64,000 nt of DNA, taken from the NCBI GenBank assembly GCA_051294375.1, contig CM119268.1:15687103-15751102 (forward strand). Direction: 5' to 3'. Position 1 is the first letter of the stretch. Each line of letters opens with the position of its first letter. This DNA comes from Paraspadella gotoi (Eukaryota; Animalia; Chaetognatha). Below the pieces are notes generated by a model. It was given only the letters and a program-made list of their open reading frames with translations. It was not told the DNA's origin and made no database searches. Below, one piece after another: positions 25,294 through 38,438 of the stretch. The translations under genes and the position numbers were made by a program.

Positions 25294-28056
25294 ATGGAAG
25301 GCGCCGTCGCCAGGTCAGCGCGAATGGCATATTACCGCGCGGTATGGTAACGAGTCGAGGACCGTGACAATTTTTTTTTGGAGAAAATCGCATTCGTTTT
25401 GCAACCAACGAAATGAAAATTTAATTGGCCACACGGCATTTTAATTTGCAAAATGGTTTTTCGCAAAGACTACAACAACAACAAAAAATAAATGGTTGAT
25501 GACCAGAAACGATTGTGATTTAAAGTTAGAAAAATTTATGAGACTAATAAAGTGTAATGATACAGTGGTTTTGTCAGTGACACCCACACCACGACTTCCA
25601 TCTACAGACTTTTCCGCGCGACATCCACGCGTCTCTCGGTCGTCGACGGCGTCGCCGGCTCCTTTTCTCGCGTCCCGGCGGAGCGGCGTCGCCTCGCCCG
25701 CTTCTTCCGGCGCCGTGACCGAGAGCGAGAGCTTCGCTTCCTCGACCTCGTGGACGAGCGATTCCGAGCGGCGGAGGGGGCTCCCGTTGAAGGCGTTGGG
25801 ATGACGGGTGAGAGGCTTTGTGGGGAGAGTTCGAGTCGGTGGAGGGAACTGGTTTGATAAAGACAAAAATAGTGTAAATGTTAATTTATGTGGTTGATTT
25901 TAAAATTAATTCTTGATGGTCAGAATGACAGCCGCATTCATTGTACAACGTTTGACAGCTTCTCAACCGGCGAAGTTAAAGACCGCCGCCGGTAAAAAGG
26001 ACCATCTCGAGGGCCCCTGGTGGCGAAACAGCGAAGATACGAATGAAGACGACGAAGACGACGAAAAAGCTATACGATTGGCGATTGAACCCGTCAATGA
26101 ATCGGAGGAAGAAAAAGAAGGTAAATATAGAGTTTTTTTTTAAAAAATCATTAATTTAATCCCTAATTTATACTTATATTTCCGGCCAGTCGGGGTGGTG
26201 GCGCGCGTAACCGAGCACCCCGTTGATTCCAACGACGGACAAAAGGGCATCCGTAATTTCTTTTGGAAGCCGCGCGACGCGAAACGCCCTCTGGTGGGGC
26301 CGGTGTTGGGCCCCGCCATTAAAGAAATCAAAGTGAGCTCGCTATTTAAAATTTTTTTAAAAAAAATTTTTGACCGTAATATCTAAGTGTTGTTCACTCG
26401 GGCTCGTGTTTAGGGGCTGAAAAAAAATTTTAAAACAAAAATATAAAAAATATTCTATTTTAATTTTTTTAAATATATTTTTATCAGTAGTAGGCCGATG
26501 ATGGGTAATTTTTAAAATACCCAAACCTTATAAGCTTATCTTTGAAGGGGGAGTGATGAATTTGGCTCAAAGGCGGCCCGGGCCAGACATAAAAAAAATT
26601 GTGGAGGGGCCCGCCATTACTCTACACGACACTGCGTTTCACGTACGTTGTGCCGCGAGATTGAAACATTTCCGTTTGACTTTAACAATTTAGGACAAGG
26701 ATCTGACGCCGTTGCCGGCAAAAGTTGAATTCGTGCAAATCTGCAGAAGGATGAATGCGTCGAGAAGAAGGGAAGACTTTAATACGCTCCAGGTACAGAG
26801 ACGATATGTACATTAACAACTACGATAATCATGTAATTATAATAAAAACAAACGAACTTAAACAAATATAATTAAAACAACAATAAACATCAAAAACAAA
26901 AATAAACCTAAACAACAACGCCAATAAACCAAACCCCCCCCCTCCCAACATCCAGGTGGTCTACGCGACCGACGGAGCGATGCTGACCCGCGGGAAATTG
27001 GACGTGAACCTTCCCCTCGTCGACGCCTATCGTCTCTCGGAGATTCGCCTCGTTCAGCCTCCCAATACCGGCAACGATTGCGTCGGCACGCCGGTCGACG
27101 GTTCCGCCAGCGTCGGTAGCCGTCGCGAGCACTAGGGTTGATTCTCGAGCCGGAGCGGCCACGGCCGGTTGAACCCCGGCGGAGAGAGCCGACGGCGGCG
27201 GCGACGGCGGCTGCGCGGCGAATACGGCGGCTGCGGCTGAAAAGTCTGTCAAGTTTTCGGGTAAGCGACCGAGAAAGTCTCGTGCTGGAGATCGATTATC
27301 GGTCAGATGTTCGAAATGCAATGACAATGTATGTAATGTTTGCTATATTGAATGTATAAATATCTAAGCATATTTGAAATGGTTAGCACATTGACAGAAT
27401 ATGGAAAGTTCTCATTCTATTTTCTTCAGGCCGACTTTACCATCGAAGAAGCGAAGCCGAATGGAAAAGATCCTCGCCAATCGATCGACGCCTCTACGAA
27501 CGAACTCCTTCAATCGGGTAATGCCACTTTTAAGATGTTCTTTTATTTTATGTTTTTGAGTTTTTATAATTTTTTTTATATTCACTCCGAACCACTTTTC
27601 AATCTAGCGAGAAAGAAGTCCGCCCTGCGAAGCGCCATCAGCGCCGAACGAACCTCCGCGAAAAGCGTCTCTTTTCGAGACAAAATTGACGCGCCATCTA
27701 CGGCAGCCCCTGTCGCGAAATCCAGCGGTGGACCTGCGAAGGGAGAGGAAAAGAATAAATTTGGTTTAAAACAAAAGGACGAAGATATTCACGCTTGGTT
27801 AAAAGAGGTGGAAGAGACCGGAAGCAACGTCACCTCGATTGCATCGTTGGCCAGATCGAGGCGAGTAAAATAAACAAAAAACAGAGCAAAACTAAGAAAA
27901 AAGTCAAAGTCTGTAATTTGTTTTGTTTGAATGTTTTGTTTTTAATTTTTTTCTTCCTGTCAGAGATCGCGCAACAACATTGAGCAGCGGTGACTACGAT
28001 TCGGAGGCGACAGAAGACGCAGTGGCCGTTGAGGAAAAGCCCGCGCCATCCAAGGT

Positions 28057-28101
<45 letters not shown>

Positions 28102-29195
28102 AACCTTACCCGGTCAAACTTTCCCCTCAGACGAAACGCAAAGACTCCATGAGAGAAGTTTCGTCGTTCAGACAGCGATTCCCGCCCTATCGTCCTCCCG
28201 TCGTGAAACCGACCGAATATTTGACGGACCTCTCCGTTGAAGGTGACATACTGACATACTGACCCTCGTAAAGAGGATTTATTATCAAATGAGGGGAGGA
28301 CCGGTGTTGAAACACGGACTGTTAGGTCGGAAAACGGATGACTTCCCTCCAGTGCCAATAATCATTTGAAACGATTGGTTGGTTTGAATCCATCATACAA
28401 CATACATAATACCTAACACATACAAATAATTACAAATATTGACTCACGCCTGGCTTGTAGGTTAAAATTTGTATTAAAACCCCCAAAAATGAATCCACTT
28501 CCAGGAAAGTTTTTCCGCAATTTTGAGGAACGCATCTCCGCTAAGAACGAGAGCGTCTTTTCGTCTTCCTCTTCCGACGACTACTTCGCGATTCCCGAGT
28601 CACGCGGCGTCATCGCGGCGGCGTCGTCATCGGCCGGCGCCGAACTCGCGGCGCCGAAACCAACGCCGGCGTCGTCGATGCGAAGGTCGCCGAAACCCAC
28701 GCCGGGATTGGAACCATACGTCGATGAGGTTCGTTTTGAGTGGGCGTTGGTCGCTGGGGCCCAAGGGAAAAGTCGGCTTTTATATTTTGATTTCGAAATC
28801 AAACTTTTTTGTGTCAAGACATTGTTTTCTTTGCGTTTTAGATTGAAGAGAAAACAAAGTTTATTTCCTTACAAATAAAGGGTTTTATAACAAATAATAA
28901 CGGGTTTCGACTCTTTCCCCCCAAAGGCTTCAAAAAGCGCTTGAACAATCCCAAAATATAATATCTTCATTTTTTTCCCGTCCTCTTGTTGCTCACCCAG
29001 CCCCCAGCTCAACCGAGACAATCCGGTCCCCCGCCCAGCGTCGCCCGACGTTCTCGTCTTCGACACGAAAGCGCCTCTTACGGCCGAACGTCGGAAACGC
29101 TCACGCTCAAGATGCAGATGCACGACGCCGCCAGGGGAAAGTCCATGAGACACAATCGTTTCGCCCTCAGGACTGACAAATTGTTTGAGAAATAA
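25294..29195 (+). CDS. Uncharacterised multi-exon, largely low-complexity protein
   Basis: Phase-compatible GC-rich exons: MEGAVAR|LFRATSTRL...GVGMT|ASQPAK...GPWWRNSED...|VGVVARV...FFWKPRD...|DKDLTPLP...|VVYATDG...|ADFTIEE...|...KMQMHDAARGKSMRHNRFALRTDKLFEK-stop. Start and some internal junctions are unresolved. Confidence 0.55.
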
Positions 29196-30908
29196 AGGAT
29201 TAAAACTATTATTAATAATAAAATATAACGAGACTTTTTCACTGGCTTGATTTCGGATGTTTTAAAATGTTTATACTATGCTTTTTATCCTACAATTGCG
29301 TAATTTTTATTCGTCCGATTAAAAACAGTAAAAGTGAATTAGTTGTTGTTGTTTTTTGTTGATGTCGTTGTTTTTAGTCACTTCAAAATCATCATTTACA
29401 TCGAAACATTGTTTGAAAATTTAATCTAAGAATGAAAAGTTTACTCATTTTACGTAATAAACTTTGCACATTAATCGATCCAATAAATAACGAACGAGAA
29501 CTTTTTTTATGTCACTCGTAAAGAATCAAGGGTATTCTTATATTTAACCATCCTCTCCCTTAATACCTCTACTACCAGTACCCGGGGACCACGTGTCAAG
29601 AATATTTGGCAATCCGACTTTTTTTTGCACATCGACTCACGACAACAACAACACAACAACGACGACGACGAAAACTCGGACGCAATGACCGCGATCGACT
29701 CGGTTTTTGCATCATCGCGGTGGTTGTTGTGGAGGTTGTTGTGGTGGTTGTTGTGGTTGGTGAGGACGACCGCTTCGGTGGTTGTTTTTATGACGAGTGA
29801 AAGAGGGACGAGGGGAAAAAAGGGATTTAGGTTTCGAATGGGGAAAAGTATGGGTCATGAGGGCGTCAGCCTGAAAGCTGAAGGAAGAGTCGGTTGGCCG
29901 CCTTTGGCAAAGTTGACTGACTTTTTAGCTTTCAATGGGAGAAAAATAGAGAAACCAGAAGGAAATTTTTTAAAAAAAATTACAAGCACGTAAAAATGTT
30001 TTGGTTGCCAATATGTTTGAATGATTTGATCGTTGTTGACATTTTGTTCTAACAACTTTCTAAAAAGAAAGATGGCGGGAAAATAAAAACTTCGGTTTTC
30101 ATAAACGATCAATTTTATTGACTTTTTAATCAAAATATCACGCTTCAAATATTAAGCAATGTCGAAAGACGAATTATGAATGCTTTACTTCATCATTGCT
30201 CTTAACTTTTAGAGATAATTATATTGTTAACTACTTACGCTATGTTTATATGCCCTTGTTTAAGAATTTCACAACGTAACAAAAGAAAAATGCGATGACT
30301 CGATACAAAAAATGTGTTAATCGAAATTATGCGAGCAAGAAACAGAAAAAAAAGAGTTATTTAAAACATATAACGTGGAAAAAGAACATGTTTTCACGAA
30401 AAATGCAGTCACGAAAAGAGAAATGTCCATTTTTTAAAAAGTTCTATCATAAGAATTATTTCGCCATTTCACGTCTCAGCTCGGAAGAAATTTTCTCGCG
30501 AAGAACGTCAAAACGTCAAACGGTGAAATTCTAATTTTTTAAAAAATAATTCTATATACATGATAATGAATAGTTTGCGCATACGGAAAGTCTATCTCTA
30601 CTGAGATGAAGATGACGACGATGAATCGTAATGTCGTCGAGGGATTTAATCCCAGCCGCAGCCGCAGCCACAGCCGCAGCCGACATTGGCGACGACGCCG
30701 AGCTCTGCCGGCATCGAGACGTTTCTAGAAAAGAGGAAATGGCGCCCCAATGTCTACAGACAAAAGAGCGTCACTCAACCCTCTTCTCCGCCGACGCGCG
30801 GAAAATTCGAGAAAGTTTTATTTGGAAATTCCCGTTGAGTCTCGAGTGCCGGAGACTGCGATGGTTGCTTTCTCTCTCTCTCTATCGTCTCTGTCTCGCT
30901 CGTTCGAT

Positions 30909-31916
30909 TTATCCGGCCTTGAAGAGAAGGATGGCCTTCTCGCCAACGTAGTAGTAGATGAAGCCGACCTTAATATAAGAGCTAGGAAGTTGCCATGGTA
31001 ACAAAGAAAGTTCAGATGAAATGACAAACGGAAGAAAAATTTAAAAAAAAGCAGAACAAAATTTAAAAAAAAACCAAAAAAAACAGGCAATATCAAATTC
31101 TAAATATTAATATGATAAAATCTAAAAAGTTAAAATAGTGAAACAAGTGAGATTACAATTTTCATACACTGACAACCATCAAACAATCAATCAATCAATC
31201 ACGAAATATCGGTGGTTTTTTTTTTTACTTTTATTTTATTTATTTATTTTTTGTCATATATTTTATTCCCATCTTTAAATTCCCTCCCGCACCTCGTAAG
31301 TGACGTAGGAGCCGAACTTGGCGCCAACGATGCAATGCCACGTGGATCCGTGTTTGGTGTCGAACTCCTTCTTGATGTGGAAGGCGATGTCCTTCTCCAG
31401 ATCGAACTTACCGACGGCCTCCTTGCCGACGGCCAGCGCGTCCTGGTGGAGGAAGAAGGATAAACAAAACGACGTTGGTTTTTTTTAAAAAAAAATTCAT
31501 GACGAGAGAGGAAATTGGGATTGTAGAAAGTAATATTTACTTTCTTATTGTATGCGATTAATGTATTTGTCATTCGTTCCTCCCTGCAATTTTCGTAGTG
31601 ATCGACGTGATTTTCGTTATCTTTCTTATCGTCATCGTTCTCATCGACGTCAACCTTATTGTCGTCATTCTCATCGACGGCATCTCTATTATCATCAATT
31701 GATACTCACGGCCTTCATCTCTTTGGACATGTCGCAAGACTTGACCCAAGTCTTAACTTTGACCGGAAGGGCGGCGGGCGCTGGGGCCGGAGCGGGAGCG
31801 GGCGCCGCCTCGCCTTCCGCCGGAGCGGGGGCGGGTGGAGCCTCGCCCTCAGCTGGCGGGGCGGGGGCCGCCTCGGGCTCGGCGGGCGGGGCTTCGGCCG
31901 GCGCTTCTTCCGACAT
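30909..31916 (-). CDS. Dynein light chain LC8-family protein with a ~50-aa Pro/Ala/Glu-rich N-terminal extension (3 exons)
   Basis: VKSCDMSKEMKA|DALAVGKEAVGKFDLEKDIAFHIKKEFDTKHGSTWHCIVGAKFGSYVTYE|VGFIYYVGEKAILLFKAG-stop. Confidence 0.9.
30989..31002. promoter_or_regulatory. RFX X-box motif
   Basis: GTTGCCATGGTAAC matches the canonical near-palindromic X-box; it lies in the last intron of the dynein light chain gene. Confidence 0.5.
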
Positions 31917-32920
31917 GTCGAAGGATTTGAAGGGGGAGGGAGGCTTGAAGGGAAAATAAAAGTTTAATTGTTTTATATAAATAAAATATATGTTTATTAA
32001 AAATTATTTATGAGTTATTTATGATTTTTTTTTATAAAAGAAAATGAAGTTATAATTTATTTTATCCATTAAAATTAAAAATTAAACGAAAAACATTTTA
32101 AAGCAACTCACTTCAATGAATGGATAATTTTATAATGGTTGTACCAGATTCATGATTATGTTTTTTTTCTGGAATAGATTTTGATTTTAAACGAGATATT
32201 ACTCTATATTTTTTTTTCATTATCACCTTACAGCGAGAGACGAAAAACGTCGGCTTTGTCGATGGACCGAAGATCGTGACTGACGACTCCGCCGCGTTTT
32301 TGTGAAATCACATCGAAAATCACGCGCTACAGTTCGGGCGTTGATACTTATCTATAGTTTCGAAGACGGATGAGCGAAACTTTAATACGAGGGTGCCCGA
32401 ACTGTACCGTTGTCGTATTGAGCCAGAGGGTATGCATGGGTTGACGATCGAAAAAAACTTACAATTTAGAATTTCAGTGGTTATTATGCGTTTAAGTTTA
32501 TTACTCTCTCTCTCTCTCTCCCTCTCTCTCTTAACAGGTTGCTGTTGCTGCTGTTACTAACATGTAACCCTGACGCTTGCATTTTCAAATTGCATTTTCC
32601 TTCCAAAACGACAGAATGTATACAGAATGTTAACGATGACTATATTTAGCTATAGAGTTCAATTATATTTAGAATATTTACATTATATTGTATGACATCG
32701 GCTGAACCTAATGCGCGCGTGACCATGATTCTTGACAATGCATTTCCGTGAACGCGGCTTCTCTCCCTCGATCGTCGATTCACGGCGGTGAAGGTTTTTT
32801 AAACCAAGAGTCGATCACCGGTGAAAGGTGAGGGGACGACGATCGAGCAACAGTGCTGCAATTGGGTGGGGGTGAGAAGAGAATAGGGGGAGGGGGAGGG
32901 TGGGGAGAGTAGAGAAGCAG

Positions 32921-32996
<76 letters not shown>

Positions 32997-33645
32997 GTTG
33001 AAAATAGAGAAAAAGGAGGTAAAAGGGGATGCGGGAGATGCGAAACAATTTGATTTTCTGCTCTTGAGCAAGATAAATGTAAACTCCTGACGACCATCTA
33101 TTAGGGGGTAGCTGAAAAAAGAAAATTATCTAATAGGTGGGTGTTATCCTGATATGTATGAAATTGAAGATTTTCATTTTACGAATGAGATTGACAGAAG
33201 ATGAAATGCTGTCGAACAAAAAAGCGTTTACACGAATTACACGTTTACCTTAAATGTCCATTTTAACTTGGCATTGATTTCTTTAACCTTTAACTTCTTT
33301 CTCTTTTGTTTGTTTATTGCATTTTATGAATGGTTATTAAATAGAAAGAAAAGTGTTATACTTACTAATCTATCGATCTCAATCACCTTGTAACAACTTA
33401 ATAAGGCCAAAAACTTTTAACATATTTGTAAAAATAATATCTATCACTTCTTAATATTTATACATATTTACTGCTTATTGTCGTCCGGCTTTTAAAATTC
33501 TTAATTCCGTAAATCTAATAATTAATTCATTGCAAGTATTTCATAAAACCTAGAGTTTTGCCAGATAAAGCTATCGCGATTGTCATTTGTTTCTCGACTT
33601 TCCTTCGAGCAGCATACATACATAGCACTTAACAAAAAAAAAAAT

Positions 33646-33689
<44 letters not shown>

Positions 33690-34062
33690 TTTGACGTCAC
33701 GAGTTTAAATTTTAACATTCCACTTAGAAAGCTGGATCGAATCACGTTTTTTCTATCTCCTTTTTCCATCTTTTTCTCATTTATCCTGATTTTTCGTCAG
33801 TGTTTTTCACCTCATGTATTCTTTTCCCAGAACACTTTCTTTAATTTTTAATTTTCGTAATCATTTATAAAAGGTACAAATTATTTTAACCAATCAAAGA
33901 CGACACTCTAACTTTGAGGCGATCAGTTTGATTCTAAAAATCTAAGGAGAACCAAATTTTTTTGGTTAACTTCGTCACGAAACTTGAAATTTGTGTTCGA
34001 TTTTCAAACACGAATTTCGCTGCCGGTTTGCGAAAAAGGACTTCGTTAACTGCATGAAGTTT

Positions 34063-34127
<65 letters not shown>

Positions 34128-35759
34128 CAAAGACCAACGAGACAGTTTAAATCCAAACAGGTTAAATCCAAGATGATTCAAGCAACCAAATTTCTTCAAG
34201 ATTTAATTCTGAGTTCGTTGACAGGTATGACCATTAGGCCTTAGCAAATTTTATAAAGTTTTTTACAGAATTTAGCACTATAGTACAAATTAGTCCACTA
34301 TATGCTAATAATTTTTTTCTATCTTTGTTTTTTGAAAAATCGATCAATAAGTGCTTGCAACTCTTCAAAATTTGCAAAAAAAAACGGTTTTTTTCATTAA
34401 AAATGATAGATATCTTTGAAAAATATCAGTCAGAATCAAATTTAACCTGCGTCAATTTAAAGAGCGGAAAAAATACTTCATTTTACATACTTTATTTTAA
34501 AAAATCCAAAAAATACTTTTCCAATTATTGATGTTTAAAAAACGAATTCTCGGCATTTTTAAAGTCACTTTTTTTATTTTCCCCTTATAACTTTGAAAAT
34601 AATGTAAAATAAGGTATAAAACAGACTAAATCCTCTAGAGTAAACCTTGGGCTTTCTATTGGCGTAAATAGGTATTAGTTTTTTATTTTGTTCAGGAGCT
34701 ATGAATTGTTAAAATCTTGAAAAAATTTTGAAAAAATATTTATTTAATATTTTTGTCTGTATGCTTACAATTTGAATGTTTATACATCTATCATTATCTT
34801 ACAAAACATAAGCTTTAATTTGAGACCTCTCCCAACTTTTTACAATTTTTTCATTATTGAATTATACGTAAAAATTAAATTTTTTTTAAAAAAAGATTAA
34901 TCAATTAGTACTTTCAAATAGAATATTTTTTTAAAAATAAGATACAAAAATACAGTTCTACTTATAAGGCTTTAAAACAAATGTTTAAAAATAAAAAATA
35001 ATATAAAATTATAATAAAAAATAAATAAAACAAATTATTAACTTTATTTTATTATAAAAAATATATGATGTTAATTAAAACTTAATCTCAAATAAAATAA
35101 CAAGTATATATTAGTTGAGTGCTTTTAATTCAATCTCATATCCAGCTTTTAATAGTAATAATATTTGTTATTATTTATGAAAAAAAAATTTACAAAATAA
35201 TAATAATACAGTAGCTCACTCAATATTTGATATATATTGTTAATAAAAAATGTTCCAAAATATTAACAAGTATAATGCATTAACTTTTAATACTTGAATA
35301 GAATATATATTAATAGTTTTAAAATATTTTATAATTTTTTTAAAATAATTTAAAATTTTTAAAATTATAACAATAAAACAATTTGTTGATAAAAACAAAT
35401 AAATTGTTTTTTTTTCTCCTAAATTTCAAAACGCAACAAAATTGATAGTTTATACACAATGTCTACCAATATTTTATAATAAAATTATTATTAATTAAAA
35501 TAAATTTATTTTATAGCCTAACAAGTAGAACTGCATTTGTATTATATATAGAACATATTTGTATCTTAATTTTTAAGAAATAATCCATTTGAAATTACTA
35601 ATTGAATAATCTTTTTTTCTATTTAAATTTTTACTTATAATTCAATAAAGAAAAATTGTAAAAAGTTAGGAGAGGTTTCAAATTAAAGCTTATGCTTTGT
35701 AGATAAAGTTAGACATATAAAGTTTATAGACATTCAAATTGTAAGCATGACTCTTTCAG

Positions 35760-36010
35760 TTGTGACCTGGTGGCTCATTGAGTAAAGCCATAAGCTCATG
35801 ACCATTAGGTACCGGGTTCAATCCCAACCCGGTACCTACCCTGCGGGAAGAGTGAGGACGGCCGTAAGCCGCCTTGGGGGCGTGGCAAACCCTCAAGCCT
35901 GGTTCCAAGCCCAGGACCCGTTCCATGTCTGCAAGAGGGGGTTATACAAGTTACGGATAGTCATCTTCTGCCCACTTAGCGCCTTATCAACAAATATAAA
36001 ATAAAAAAAA
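35760..36010 (+). mobile_element. tRNA-derived SINE, apparently full length
   Basis: A-box-like GGTGGCTCATTGAG, B-box GGTTCAATCCC, A-rich tail; a second copy lies at 8688-8885. Confidence 0.8.
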
Positions 36011-36439
36011 AGGAAGGAAAAAAAGTTAAAAACGGACTGATTTAATAGATCCACAATTAAAAAACGCAATTCTAGTAGTTAATGAAGCTAGTAAATAAAA
36101 GAATAAACTACTAAAACCGTTCTAAGTTCATATTCAAATCAAAACTGTTAAAAATTTATTGAAGATAGGTTGCTCAGTTATTTTATTCTTACATCAAATA
36201 AAAAAAATGATTAAAAATTAATTTTGTTATTTTCTGGTAATGAATTCTCGTTACATTTAATTAATTCTTTTTATCTAAAAGCCTTTGCAGAGTTTTGATT
36301 TAATTATATTATTTTGTGGATCTATTAAATCAGTCCGATTTTAACTTTTTTTCCTTCCTTTTTTTTTAATTTTATATTCGAGAAAGCAAAGTGTTTTTGA
36401 AATTGTTACAACAATTTATTTTATTTAAGAGACGGACAT

Positions 36440-36492
36440 ATTAAATGTGATGAAGGCTTGAAGTCAACTAGCCGAAACATGTCCATCTCTTA
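36440..36492 (+). ncRNA. Degenerate minimal type I hammerhead ribozyme motif (Penelope-like)
   Basis: ATG-TGATGA-A-GGCT-(11 nt)-AGCC-GAAA-CATGTC-CAT; core C3 is missing or replaced; embedded in an inverted repeat 36388-36439 / 36479-36532. Confidence 0.6.
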
Positions 36493-38438
36493 AATAAAAA
36501 ATAAATCGTTATAACAATTTCAAAAATACTTTCTTTAATATTAAAAACAATGAAAAAGAAAGGATTATTGCATCATGTATTTTATATTTTATGTATTTTA
36601 TGTATTTTATATTCATAGCTTTTATGTTTTAGTATTGTTTTTCATTATCAATACTCTTTTCATTTTTTAGCACTTAATGTAGTAGGGCAGCAAAATCCTA
36701 ACAGAGCAGGATTTTTGGTAAATACTAATTAAAGTTTTTTATAAAATATTTTAGTAGTGATAGTGAATATGCTTACATTTGAATGTCTATAAACTTTATA
36801 TGTCTAACATTATCTACAAAGCATAAACTTTAATTTGAAACCTCTCCTAACTTTTTACGATTTTTCTTTATTGAATTATAAGTAAAAATTTAAATTGAAA
36901 AAAAGATTATTCAATTAGTAATTTCAAATGGATTATTTTTTAAAAATTAAGATACAAATATGTTCTATATATAATACAAATGCAGTTCTACTTGTTAGGC
37001 TATAAAATAAATTTATTTTTAATTAATAATAATTTTATTATAAAATATTTTAAAAAATTAAAAAAATATTTTTTAAAACTATTAATATATATTTATTCAA
37101 GTATTAAAAGTTAATGCATTATACTTGTTAATATTTTGGAACATTTTTTATTAACAATATATATCAAATATTGAGTGAGCTACTTTATTATTATTATTTT
37201 GTAAATTTTTTTTTCATAAATAATAACAAATATTATTGCTATTAAAAGCTGGATATGAGATTGAATTAAAGCACTCAACTAATATATACCTGTTATTTTA
37301 TTTGAGATTAAGTTTTAATTAAACATCATATATTTTTTATAATAAAATAAAGTAATAATCTGTTTTTATTTATTTTTTATTATAATTTTATATTATTTTT
37401 TATTTTTAAACATTTGTTTTAAGCCTTATAAGTAGAACTGTATTTTTGTATCTTTATTTTTAAAAAAAATATCTATTGAAAGTACTAATTGATTAATCTT
37501 TTTTTTAAAAAAAATTTAATTTTACGAATAATTTAATAATGAAAAATCGTAAAAAGTTGGGAGAGGTCTCAATTAAAGCTTATGTTTGTAGATAATGATA
37601 GATGTATAAACATTCAAATTGTAAGCACACAGACAAAAATAATAAAGAAATATTTTTTCAAATTTTTTCAAGATTTAACAATTCATAGCTCCTGAACAAA
37701 ATTAAAAAACTAATACCTATTTACGCCAATAGAAAGCCAAGTTTACTCTAGAGGATTTAGTCTGTTTTATACCTTATTTACATTATTTTTAAAGTTTATA
37801 AAGGGAAAATAAAAAAATGTGACTTTAAATGCGAGAATTCGGTTTTTTAAACATCAATAATTGGAAAAGTATTTTTGGATTTTTAAAATAAAGTATGTAA
37901 AATGAAGTATTTTTTCCGCTCTTAAATTGACACAGGTTAAATTTGATTCTGACTGATATTTTTTAAGATATCTATCATTTTTAATGGAAAAAACCGTTTT
38001 TTTGCAAATTTTGAAGAGTTGCAAAGCACTTATTGATCGATTTTTTAAAAAACAAAGATAGAAAAAAATTAGTAGCTTATTAGGGACTAATTTGTACTAT
38101 AGTGCTAAATTCTGTAAAAAACTTTATAAAATTTGCTAAGGCCTAATGACCATGGACTCAGTCTCACTCATAAATAATGAGGAAAAAAAAGAACAACTCT
38201 AACATCATCCCATCGAGAAAAAAAAGTAGGCGACGAACGAAAGAATGAACAAAAGGGCGAACGAAATAACGAACGATCGATCTGGCTCAACCTTGAAACG
38301 ACTTCCAACTTGTCTCGGCCAAACTCTGCCGTCGCTCGAATTTCGACAAACTTTTTTTACGAATTCCAAGAAAATCTATATACTTGGCGAATTTCATTCT
38401 AAATAATTAGTACATTATTAAAATAACTATAATCGGCG

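Larger units (their letters stand above)
34235..38145. mobile_element. 3.9-kb non-autonomous hAT-type foldback element with ~1.4-1.5-kb inverted arms
   Basis: 8-bp TSD ATGACCAT (34227-34234 and 38146-38153); termini TAGGCCTTAGCAAATTTT / AAAATTTGCTAAGGCCTA; arms ~34235-35748 and ~36770-38145 are near-identical reverse complements. Confidence 0.93.

Noticed and set aside
29712-29858. Minus-strand 48-aa ORF ending HQPQQPPQQPPQQPPR
   Set aside because: It derives from a (CAA/CCA)n low-complexity tract, with no supported gene model or homology.
35798-35809. SINE-internal ATGACCATTAGG identical to the foldback TSD plus terminus (34227-34238)
   Set aside because: The 12-bp match lies in the tRNA-like head of the SINE and a similar sequence is present in the other copy; best treated as coincidence.
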